59,495 bases of DNA, taken from the IMG/VR virus record IMGVR_UViG_3300024327_000658. One strand, given 5' to 3'. How positions within the stretch are numbered: the first letter of the stretch is position 1; each line of letters begins with the position of its first letter. The notes beneath the pieces are model-generated. The model searched no databases and was not told the DNA's origin. It saw nothing but the letters and a program-made list of their open reading frames with translations. Source of the stretch: an uncultured virus (IMG/VR IMGVR_UViG_3300024327_000658) (taxonomy: Duplodnaviria > Heunggongvirae > Uroviricota > Caudoviricetes). A program made the translations under genes and the position numbers. This document shows positions 20,312 through 29,200 of this stretch, in pieces.

Positions 20312-20896
20312 ATGGCTCAACAAAATCAAACATTTTTAGATAGATTAAAAAACGCATTGAGAAGGAATGAAGGACAACCAAAAACACGTAACGCATCACA
20401 ATGGTTTCGTAGAAAAGTTGGTGCCCTAAGATCAGAATTGCGAAGTAGATTTAGTGAAGTTGATACAGCAGACGAATTTTATAAAACTGCTAAAAAATCA
20501 GGCACGGGAACAATATTGCCTGGAGCAATGGCGTCCTATTTTTATGATCCAAAGACTAAAGAAAAAATGAAATACTATGATAGATTTCCTTTAGTCATGT
20601 GCGTAAAAATGTATGGTAATGGATTTCTTGGTTTAAATTTTCATTATTTACCCCCATTACTTAGAGCAAAACTGATGGATGCTATTGATCAAACTAAAAG
20701 CGTAAATTATGAAGCCCTTTCAAAAATTAAAGTGCTTAAACCAACAGTAAAAAGATATTTATATAAACATATTACATCTAGAGTAGTAATTATAGACGAA
20801 GACGAAAAAGAAATTGCATTATTTTTACCAACAGAAAGATTTAAAAAAGAAAACAAACTTGTTGTTTGGGGAGACAGTAGGAGAATGATTAAATGA
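20312..20896 (+). CDS. gp2: DNA end protector protein
   Basis: YDPKTKEKMKYYDRFPL, GFLGLNFHYLPP..RA.L, KRYL..H, LPTE.F, VW.DSR. Confidence 0.93.
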   Translation: MAQQNQTFLDRLKNALRRNEGQPKTRNASQWFRRKVGALRSELRSRFSEVDTADEFYKTAKKSGTGTILPGAMASYFYDPKTKEKMKYYDRFPLVMCVKMYGNGFLGLNFHYLPPLLRAKLMDAIDQTKSVNYEALSKIKVLKPTVKRYLYKHITSRVVIIDEDEKEIALFLPTERFKKENKLVVWGDSRRMIK

Positions 20897-21453
20897 CTTT
20901 AAGCATAGACAAATTTAGAAATACCCTAAATGTCAAGGGCGGTCCTGCGCCAATAAATAGATATGAAGTTTATATTCCGAGAGGTGAAATGAGCGATTTA
21001 ACATTTCGTTGCGAACAGGCAGAACTTCCTGGTAAATCCATACTCACAGTTGAAGATAAATTATATGGACCTGTAAGAAAAATTGGGTATGGTCAAATGT
21101 TTATTGATACTACAATGACATTTATTTGTACTGCAGAAGGATGGGAAGAAAAATCATTTTTTGATGATTGGCAAAATCAAATAGTTGATCCTGATACGCA
21201 TGACGCTTCATACTATGAAGATTATACGTCTGATATTTGGCTAAGAACATTTACAGAAGAAAATAAACCATCGTATGGAATAAAATTTGAAGAAGCATAT
21301 CCTTTAAATGTGGGAGCGGTAAATATAGGATGGGCGCAAAATAACGAATACGCAAGACTTAGTGTCACGTTCGCATATCGAAAATGGAGCCAATTACCAA
21401 AACTAGTTCCCTTAGACGTAAATTTAGACGTAAATAAAAATAGTTTAACTTAA
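20893..21453 (+). CDS. gp54: Baseplate tail-tube initiator, gp54-like (tube fold)
   Basis: NRYEV.I, CEQAELPG, YGP.RK..Y, FFDDWQ..I, EAYP..VG, L.VTFAYRKW. Confidence 0.8.
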   Translation: MTLSIDKFRNTLNVKGGPAPINRYEVYIPRGEMSDLTFRCEQAELPGKSILTVEDKLYGPVRKIGYGQMFIDTTMTFICTAEGWEEKSFFDDWQNQIVDPDTHDASYYEDYTSDIWLRTFTEENKPSYGIKFEEAYPLNVGAVNIGWAQNNEYARLSVTFAYRKWSQLPKLVPLDVNLDVNKNSLT

Positions 21454-21466
21454 GACTGGAGATATA

Positions 21467-22213
21467 ATGAGTTTACCCGTAATTGATGCACCAACGTTTG
21501 AAATGAACCTGTTATCAATAAAAGACACAATAACATATAGACCATTTTTAGTCAAAGAAGAAAAACTTTTATTAATGGCTATGGAAGCAGGAGACCAGCA
21601 AGAAATAATAAAAACTTCAAAACAAATAATTAATAATTGCATTTTATCTGAAAATGTTAATGCTGATAAATTACCATTATTTGATTTACAAATGGCATTG
21701 TTGAAAATAAGATCAAAATCTGTTGGCGAAGAAATTGAAATAGTGATGAAGCATTTAGATGGAAAAAATAGTAACGAAGAGGAATGTAATGGTTCTAGTA
21801 AAATAAAAATAAATCTTTCTAATTTAAAACTTACTGTACATGATGATCATTCTAAATACGTTAAATTAACAGACACAATTTCAATTGAAATGAAATATCC
21901 CACCATGTCTGTTTATAATCGTATGTCAGCAATGGATGATGTAGAAAATGCTTCAACTATAAATGAATTATTTAATATTATCATTGATTGTATTGATAAC
22001 ATATATTCTGGTGATGAAATTTTTAGTGCAAGCGATCACACAACAGAAGAAATGAACGATTTTATTAATAGCTTAACAAGTGATCAATTTGACAAACTTA
22101 AAACATTTTTCAATACAATGCCCGTTCTAGTATATGATATTCAATTCACTTGTCCTAAATGCAACTGTTTAGAAAAACAAACTTTAAACGGAGTTGCCGA
22201 TTTTTTTTTATAA
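21467..22213 (+). CDS. gp26: Baseplate hub assembly chaperone
   Basis: MSLP..., YRPFLVKEEKLLLMA.E, IRSKSVGE, MKYP, FF.TMP, CPKC, G..DFF C-terminus. Confidence 0.92.
   Translation: MSLPVIDAPTFEMNLLSIKDTITYRPFLVKEEKLLLMAMEAGDQQEIIKTSKQIINNCILSENVNADKLPLFDLQMALLKIRSKSVGEEIEIVMKHLDGKNSNEEECNGSSKIKINLSNLKLTVHDDHSKYVKLTDTISIEMKYPTMSVYNRMSAMDDVENASTINELFNIIIDCIDNIYSGDEIFSASDHTTEEMNDFINSLTSDQFDKLKTFFNTMPVLVYDIQFTCPKCNCLEKQTLNGVADFFL
22201..22210 (+). other. Candidate -1 frameshift slippery site (T9A, includes T TTT TTA) fusing gp26 to gp51
   Basis: gp26 ends GAT TTT TTT TTA TAA; the -1 frame continues ATA ATA TGC AGT CAT AAT into the gp51 homology. Confidence 0.7.
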
Positions 22214-22395
22214 TATGCAGTCATAATAATTTAACAAACTATTATCAATTAACATTTCAGTTAATGCAACATCATAAATACAGCTTAACCGAAATAGAAA
22301 ATTTAATACCATTTGAAAGAGACATTTACGTAGAAATGTTAATATTTCATATGGAAGAAGAAAATAAAAAAAATGAAAACCAACAACAAAGGTAA
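22204..22395 (+). CDS. gp51: Baseplate hub assembly protein gp51, probably expressed as a gp26-gp51 frameshift fusion
   Basis: SHNNLTNYYQLTFQLMQHHKYSLTEIENLIPFERDIYVEML is the gp51 signature of T4-like marine phages. No in-frame ATG with an RBS precedes the conserved block. Confidence 0.85.
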   Translation, partial: FFIICSHNNLTNYYQLTFQLMQHHKYSLTEIENLIPFERDIYVEMLIFHMEEENKKNENQQQR

Positions 22396-22397
22396 TA

Positions 22398-24500
22398 ATG
22401 TCTCGTAAACCCCACAATTATGTACATTTTAAAGCACTTGTTAATGAGCTTAAAGAACAGAACGAACATAACTTCGCTAGTTTTCAAACTCATTTAGAAA
22501 TACATACTGATGTATTACAGAGTATGAAAGGGATCATACTCAAAGGGGTACAACAAAAAAATGCAATTTTGAAAGAAAAAAATGAAATAACAATTAATAA
22601 TAAAGAGACAAAAATTGATAACCCTAAACCTTCCCTATCAGAGAAGAACAGTGAAGGTATGTCTAACTTGGCAAATGTTTTATCTACTAAACCTTCCCTA
22701 TCAGAGAAGAACAGTGAAGGTATGTCTAACTTGGCAAATGTTTTATCTACTACACTTCTGAATACAGCAGTACGGCTAAAAGAACAACTAAATGTATTAA
22801 ATAAGCTGTTTGGATTTTTACAAAGCAAAGACAAAGATGATTTAAGAAGAGATAAAGAGGATCGACTCGAAGTCATTGGCAAAAAAAATAGCATATTTAA
22901 GAATGATAAAACAAAACCCTCCGGAAAAGGATTCATGAGAATGTTGGGAAATTTTTTATCTACTGCACTTATAGGAATACCTGGAGGATTAAGAAAGTTT
23001 TTACCAGCAACACTGGGTCTAGCATTAATTCCCAAATTAGCAAAAGGCATCGCTTTAATGGTCGCAGGCCCCGCATTAATTAAAGCATTAGAAGCAGGAT
23101 TTGATCAAAAAACTTTTAGTGGTGGTGTTACATCATTTATAGATACATATTTTGCTCCTGGTGGAAAAGGCTATACATCTTTAGCAATGGCCGCGTCAGG
23201 GGGGGCTGGAAAAGCGGCTATAGTTGGATTTGGATTATTAGGACCAAGAGGAGCGGTGATTGCTGGAGTACTCGGAGGAGCATTATCTGGACTAAATCAT
23301 ATTTTTGCAGAAGATAAATCAAAAATGAATTCCAAAAACGTAATGACTAAAGTAAAAGAACACTTGATGGAGAATATAGGACTATATGCTGGTGGTGGTA
23401 TGGCATTGATGGGTGCGAGATGGGGAGCAAAAGGAGGTCCTGCGGGAATGATAGCTGGAGCAATTCTTGGAGCAGGTATCGGGATAATAGGAGCAGGCAC
23501 TATCAAAGAAATGATGAAAGTAGAAGAAGCAGGAGAAAAAGATGTTGGTAAAGCATTCAAACAAGGCTTAAAAAATTATCTCATGAGTAACGAATTCGAT
23601 GGTTCGGCTCTGCCATGGGCGGGGGGATTTTTTGGTGCGGCGGCATTTTCTGGTTTTGGTCCTGCAGGAATGATTGCTGGTATGATATTGGGAGCTGGTG
23701 CTGGAATAATAGGAGGACCCGTTTTAGCAGAAGCATTGAAAGCTCAAAAAGGAGAAGGAGGAAGTCTTGCGGGTCACATGAAAACTCAATTATGGAAATA
23801 TTTGCAAAACAGTACATATCTAAAACACGCTTTATTGGGGGCTGGACTTTTTGGAGGAACCGCAATGCTCGGACTTGGACCAGTAGGATTAGTTGCAGGT
23901 ATTGTAATAGGAGGTGCTATAGGAATTATTGCAACATGGGTAGGAAAAGCACTAGAAGATATTATAGGTACAACTGGAGCTAATTCTGTAATGGGCAAAC
24001 TCTTTGGGAAAGAAACATCCGGACTGTCCAACAAATATAAGAAGATGCGGGATGCACAGGATGCAGATGAAGAGAATGCATCGACTCATACACTAGGACT
24101 TTTGAGGGCTGACCCTAAAAGTGGTGTGGGACAGAATGCAAAAAAACTTCTAAAAGCATATGCTATTGCCGCCAAAGAACTGGGTGTTGGAATGGGCAAA
24201 TACGATGCATCTGCCGCCGTTCTGGCTTCGAAAAGAGTAAGTACTGGTTTTGTCGGAAAGGTTTCGGGTTCAGACACAGATACTACAAATAAAGAAGAAG
24301 CACAATTTTTACGATTAAATTTTCAGAGGAAAAAAATACTTGAACTGGAAAGAGAAAGAAACGAATCCTTAAAAGTTGGACAGCCTGCTGGGACAACGAA
24401 TATCTACAACGATTCAAGTATGAAACTGAATACAAATGTAACGGCAGACCGTTCATTTACAGGATTCCCTCCGGGCCTATTAGATACCGGGATACAGTGA
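22398..24500 (+). CDS. Probable tail tape measure protein (gp29 position), 700 aa
   Basis: Follows gp26/gp51; coiled-coil N-terminus; four GP.G..AG...G hydrophobic Gly-zipper blocks. Confidence 0.7.
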   Translation: MSRKPHNYVHFKALVNELKEQNEHNFASFQTHLEIHTDVLQSMKGIILKGVQQKNAILKEKNEITINNKETKIDNPKPSLSEKNSEGMSNLANVLSTKPSLSEKNSEGMSNLANVLSTTLLNTAVRLKEQLNVLNKLFGFLQSKDKDDLRRDKEDRLEVIGKKNSIFKNDKTKPSGKGFMRMLGNFLSTALIGIPGGLRKFLPATLGLALIPKLAKGIALMVAGPALIKALEAGFDQKTFSGGVTSFIDTYFAPGGKGYTSLAMAASGGAGKAAIVGFGLLGPRGAVIAGVLGGALSGLNHIFAEDKSKMNSKNVMTKVKEHLMENIGLYAGGGMALMGARWGAKGGPAGMIAGAILGAGIGIIGAGTIKEMMKVEEAGEKDVGKAFKQGLKNYLMSNEFDGSALPWAGGFFGAAAFSGFGPAGMIAGMILGAGAGIIGGPVLAEALKAQKGEGGSLAGHMKTQLWKYLQNSTYLKHALLGAGLFGGTAMLGLGPVGLVAGIVIGGAIGIIATWVGKALEDIIGTTGANSVMGKLFGKETSGLSNKYKKMRDAQDADEENASTHTLGLLRADPKSGVGQNAKKLLKAYAIAAKELGVGMGKYDASAAVLASKRVSTGFVGKVSGSDTDTTNKEEAQFLRLNFQRKKILELERERNESLKVGQPAGTTNIYNDSSMKLNTNVTADRSFTGFPPGLLDTGIQ
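22624..22752 (+). repeat. Perfect 63-nt tandem duplication (21 aa KPSLSEKNSEGMSNLANVLST x2)
   Basis: Identical copies at 22624-22686 and 22687-22749. Confidence 0.95.
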
Positions 24501-24544
24501 TTTTGAGTTTGTTCAATAATGTCAATCAAAGAACAAACTCAAAA
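24501..24544. terminator. Inverted repeat between convergent genes; probable bidirectional terminator
   Basis: TTTTGAGTTTGTTC-N16-GAACAAACTCAAAA, a perfect 14-bp stem between the tape measure and gp32 stops. Confidence 0.65.
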
Positions 24545-24550
24545 CTATAA

Positions 24551-25438
24551 TTAATTATCTTCTGCTAATTTAGCAAAATAAGACATATCCTCTTCCTCTT
24601 CAGATGATGATTCATTGTTCGTTGGAGGAGTAAAAGGTTCTTCCGCAGTTTTTGGTTTAGATACAGGAGTACGTACCTCAGGAAGATTAGTTTCTACTAT
24701 AAGAACATTATCCAATCTCGCTTTCAAATCTTCAAAAGATTTAAATTGATCATCTGCAGTAAACTCTGTAAGAGCATACTCTGATTGCCAAATTTTTTCA
24801 AGTTCAGTTTCATCTTCTACGAGTTGTGTGCTTTTATCAAATTCGCTCTTATCGTAATTCCGATAACCTTCAACTTGTCGAATCTTTAATTTAAAATTCG
24901 CCCCTTCCCAGAGATCAAAGGGATTTACAGGAGATTCATCTTCAAATTCTGGATTCATCACATCATTAATCTTATCAAAAATCTTTTTCCCAAATTTATA
25001 CAAAAAGACTTTTCCCTCGTTCTGAGGATTCTTTGAATCAGCAACAACATAAATGTTACTAATATAAGTTAATCGGCGCTTTTGCTTACGAGCAATATCT
25101 TTGTTCGCCTCTATTCCAGAATTCCAAAGTTGAGAATTATACTCTGAAACAGGATCTTTCTTACCAAGAGTTGTCAAAGAGTTTTCAATGTACCATTGTC
25201 CTGTAGGTCCTTGAAAACCATGATTGAAGACTCTTGCCCATGGAACATCCTCTCCATCTACTGGGGGAAGAAATCGAATAACAGCAAATCCGTTTCCAGA
25301 CTTGTCGATTTCAGGTTTCCAGAATCGATCATCGACATAACTCTTTGATTCAGAAGGAGTGTCGATCTTCTCGATTTCTTTGTGAAGATTTTGCATGAAG
25401 GATGCACGGGATTTTTTTAGTGCGGATAGTGTAGCCAT
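24551..25438 (-). CDS. gp32: Single-stranded DNA-binding protein
   Basis: DDRFWKPEIDKSGNGFAVIRFLP, WYIENSLTTLG..DPVSEYN, KFGKKIFDKI, YRNYDKSEF, acidic tail MSYFAKLAE. Confidence 0.97.
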   Translation of the reverse strand: MATLSALKKSRASFMQNLHKEIEKIDTPSESKSYVDDRFWKPEIDKSGNGFAVIRFLPPVDGEDVPWARVFNHGFQGPTGQWYIENSLTTLGKKDPVSEYNSQLWNSGIEANKDIARKQKRRLTYISNIYVVADSKNPQNEGKVFLYKFGKKIFDKINDVMNPEFEDESPVNPFDLWEGANFKLKIRQVEGYRNYDKSEFDKSTQLVEDETELEKIWQSEYALTEFTADDQFKSFEDLKARLDNVLIVETNLPEVRTPVSKPKTAEEPFTPPTNNESSSEEEEDMSYFAKLAEDN

Positions 25439-25473
25439 ATTTACCTTTCGTATATCGGAATATTCGTTGTATA

Positions 25474-26064
25474 TTAAATTTTGTCTCGTAAAATCTTACG
25501 AAACTTCGTCTTATCCACCTCCAAAAATGGAGTGTATTTCAAAACTCTATCTCTAAACTGAGGCCAGACAAAAGTTTCTTTTATCTTTTGATCCCAGTCA
25601 GGAACAAAGTTAAGTATCATATTAAGTATAGAAAAAGTTTCCATACAAATATATTTAGCAAGTGCTTGTTTCAGTAATAAAGGATGTTGACCTTTTTTAA
25701 TTTTGAACCAATTTTCAAAATTTTCTTTGATCAACAATTTATCAATATCATTACTAAAAATATAACTCATGCTTTGTATTCTTTTTTGCCATTCTTTATA
25801 TTTAAATTCTGCTTGCGAATCAAGCGCATCGCCTATCCACAAATTTTCATTATCAATAAAGTTTGCAACAAAGAATTTTGATATCTCATCATCTTTATAA
25901 CTTTTTGACAATTTCACAAAAAAGATTTGATCATTGCGCTTTTTAAAAGCATTAAATGAGATTTTTCTTTTTTTATGTTTAAAATAATCATACTTTTTGG
26001 CGTGAAAATGAGTTTTGATTGAAACATATTCTTTATAGCAATCAAACGGATCCATTTTTATCAT
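25474..26064 (-). CDS. gp59: Helicase loader
   Basis: Y.SIK.HF....YDYFK, F.KR.D..FF.KLS, FFVANF, HPLLLK, ETF.IL, KY.PFL; lies between gp33 and gp32. Confidence 0.9.
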   Translation of the reverse strand: MIKMDPFDCYKEYVSIKTHFHAKKYDYFKHKKRKISFNAFKKRNDQIFFVKLSKSYKDDEISKFFVANFIDNENLWIGDALDSQAEFKYKEWQKRIQSMSYIFSNDIDKLLIKENFENWFKIKKGQHPLLLKQALAKYICMETFSILNMILNFVPDWDQKIKETFVWPQFRDRVLKYTPFLEVDKTKFRKILRDKI

Positions 26065-26285
26065 AGCCCCAATATCGTAGTAGTTTTTGGGAGATAATGC
26101 AATGCAGTTACTTCTTCTCTTAATTTAGCTTTCAACGGCCCCTGAACAAGTTTTCCAATTGTCTGAGGTTCCATCTGAGTTTCTTCACAATAATGACATA
26201 TTGCATCCCAATACGTCATTTTTTTACTACTAACAATATTTTCTATAATAATCGTAAAATCTAAAACTTTTAGTGTTTTAATCAT
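26061..26285 (-). CDS. gp33: Late transcription coactivator
   Basis: F...IE.IV.....Y.DAI..YCEE...EP....KL...LKAKL..E...L.YLPK; canonical 33-59-32 order. Confidence 0.88.
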   Translation of the reverse strand: MIKTLKVLDFTIIIENIVSSKKMTYWDAICHYCEETQMEPQTIGKLVQGPLKAKLREEVTALHYLPKTTTILGL

Positions 26286-29200
26286 TGTTCTCTATCGTAT
26301 GTATTGTTTGTTCAATCGCTCCATAAACTTCTTCTGGTGAAATGTTTTTAGAGCATTCAAACATTCTATCAGTATTTTTATGATCCGGACACCATGACCA
26401 ATCACTAGGATCAAATTTATGTCGATTATAGCAACTATTGCAGACATCATTATTATGGAGTCTAACACATTTTGAATAAAATTCTGATTTAGGATTACTA
26501 AATCCCGATATTAATATTACATGTTTATTTAAAGCCCATGCTAACCACGATAATCCAGACCCTAATCCAATAAAAAATTCAGCACCATCTAAAGTTGCTA
26601 TTGTTTGATCTAAAGATCGATCATGTCTACCTATTGCATTTTTAGGTACTACATTAAAATATTCTCCTTGACCAAAAGAAGGATGTTTATCTATACATAC
26701 TACATTATAACCCTTTTCGGATAAAAAGTCAACCACTTTATCCCATCCACCCAAATAATTCCAATATTTCGCCTGAGCAGTTGATTGAGTACCAATACAT
26801 ACATAAGGTTTTTCCAATTCTGTTTCTGTTTCTTTAACTTTTATTTTGCACCTGGTTTCTTTAAAATCTTTAATCCCAAGTATACCTGCACACAAATTTT
26901 GCAAAGAAACGTCTTTCATGTCCACGGGAGACTGTGGACTGAGTTCAAAAAACCCTATTCTATAAGAAGATACAAAATCATTAAACCCAGATTCAGGAAC
27001 TATAAAAGAAGTTTCAGGATATGATTCTACCAAATAATCATTCCAAAATGTACTACAATACATTTTACATTTATGCTTTTTACGAAATTCTTCAACGACC
27101 GGCATCCACGCTAAAGTATCTCCCAATGCTACTGTATCAAACCACACAAAAACATTCTTATTTGTAAAATCTTGTTCATACTCAAAGTCTATATTTCCTG
27201 TTTCGATATTTATAGCTTCAACTCGCCAATTTACATAATAATCAAGACCACAAGCAACCCATCCCCCAGTAGAAATATCATTCGAATAATGAATTGCATG
27301 AGTATCATTATCAATAAAATTAATTTTATACTCCGCAGGAATAGACCCCTTAACAGACAAATAGGGATTTTTTTGCATATTTAATTCAAAAATATTTTTC
27401 CCTGATATAGGCGTATTCTGATATGCGAACATTAATCGTTCTTTCATATCAAAGGGTTTAGAATATTTCAACTCTTTTGCTTCATAATAATATTTTTCCA
27501 ATTCATCAAAAATCTTTTCCCAATCTCGTTCTCTAGCAAATTCTCTTGCAAGTTTTGAATGTTCATCATAATTATCTAAAACAGTTTTAACTTTTTCAGC
27601 AATGATATCAACATTTCTTGTACATATCGTTAAACCCTTTACGTATATGTCATCTTGTAGTGTTCCCACCACAGGTAAACCACAAGCCATTGCTTCAAGC
27701 ACGGCCAAACAGGGTTGACCCGTTTCTAAAGAGGCCGGATGAATCAATACATGATGTTCATTTAATAAATCCCGTAATTCGTTTTTTTCTACATTACCAA
27801 CAAGAGTTATATCAATATGTCCTTTACATTCTTCTACAATATCATAAAATTTCTTATTATAATCTAAATGTATTGAATCTGGACCAACAATTGTTATAGG
27901 AAGTCCTAATTTTTTTGCCGCTTGAATTGCTAAATGAAAACCCTTTCTATCATCGCCCCCGCCCACGCAAATTAATCGTATATTTTTTCTGTTTTCATTA
28001 GGAAAGAAAAAATTTGTATCTACCCCATGATGAAGTCTTCTTAATTTTTCTGGATATAAAAAATAATCTATCATATCTTCAGTTGGTATTAAACTGAACA
28101 AAGAATTTTTTATAGTTTCATTATTTGTCATATAATAATGAGAGTTTTTTCCATGTATCTTAACAAAAGCATCATGCATCGTAAAAATATAAGGTATGCA
28201 TCTATCTTTCAGCAAATCGTAAAACCCACCAGTATGATTATGAAACACATCATATTTTTCTAAATCATTTTGTGTTACATCATCTAACCATTTTAAACTT
28301 ACTTCATGCCCTCTACTTCGAGCAATTCTCATATATTGATAAATCACTTCTTCTAATCCCCCATATCCTTTGGGGGGAATGTCAAGACCACATCCAACAT
28401 GTATTTGCATTATTTTTAAATGATCTTCATGGACTTTTTCTTTTTCTTTTTCTAATGTATCACGCACCTGTATATTTTGTGTAGACAAAATAATTTCAGG
28501 AATTTCTATTATTCGATGACTATTAGAAATAAGATGGATTCGATTGTCTTGAGAATACCAAAAAACATTTCTATTATCTGCCGTAATAACGTCTTTTATG
28601 TTTTCAATATTGTTAGACGGTATACGATTGTTTTCATGTAAATGCGTATTATCTGAAAAAAAACTTAATTCATGATTCGATACAGGTAATTTAGATATAA
28701 TATTTGATATTGTTATTGGAGTATCATTTAAATTTATTTTAACAAAAAAATAAGAAATGTTTTTCAGGTACTTATCAAAAACTATGTCATGATCGAAAAA
28801 CAGATGTCTTACTTTTGATGTTTGTTCTTGATTATAATCAAAATTCAAAAAACTTACATGTTTTCTTTCTGTTTCATAATTTAATTTACTTAAATAAGTA
28901 GATTCTGCTAAATCATAGATATCATCAAAATACTTAATATTTCTAGGATATTCTAAAATGAAATTCTTTCTTTCTTCCTTTTCGTTTATAACTAATTGTG
29001 CTTCGCCACGAGGATTCCAATTTCTAAAATTTTCAGATTCTCCGTGTTCTCTTGCAAGATACGTTGTTCTGGGTATAGTCAACCATTTTCCATATCTCTC
29101 TAAATTCAATAACCATTGACCATCATTTGATAAACAAATATCACTGTCTTTGTGTTCAGGAAAACGTAATGCTGGTAGATTTTTAAATATTCTTAAATAT

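Noticed and set aside
22159..22203. ATG at 22159 as the gp51 start
   Set aside because: It has no RBS, lies 55 nt inside gp26 and adds basic non-homologous residues. A frameshift fusion is more parsimonious, though not proven.
25439..25473. gp32 leader with short ATAC(A/G)A-type repeats as an autoregulatory operator
   Set aside because: The region is only 35 nt and AT-rich; no pseudoknot or clear repeat could be supported by eye.
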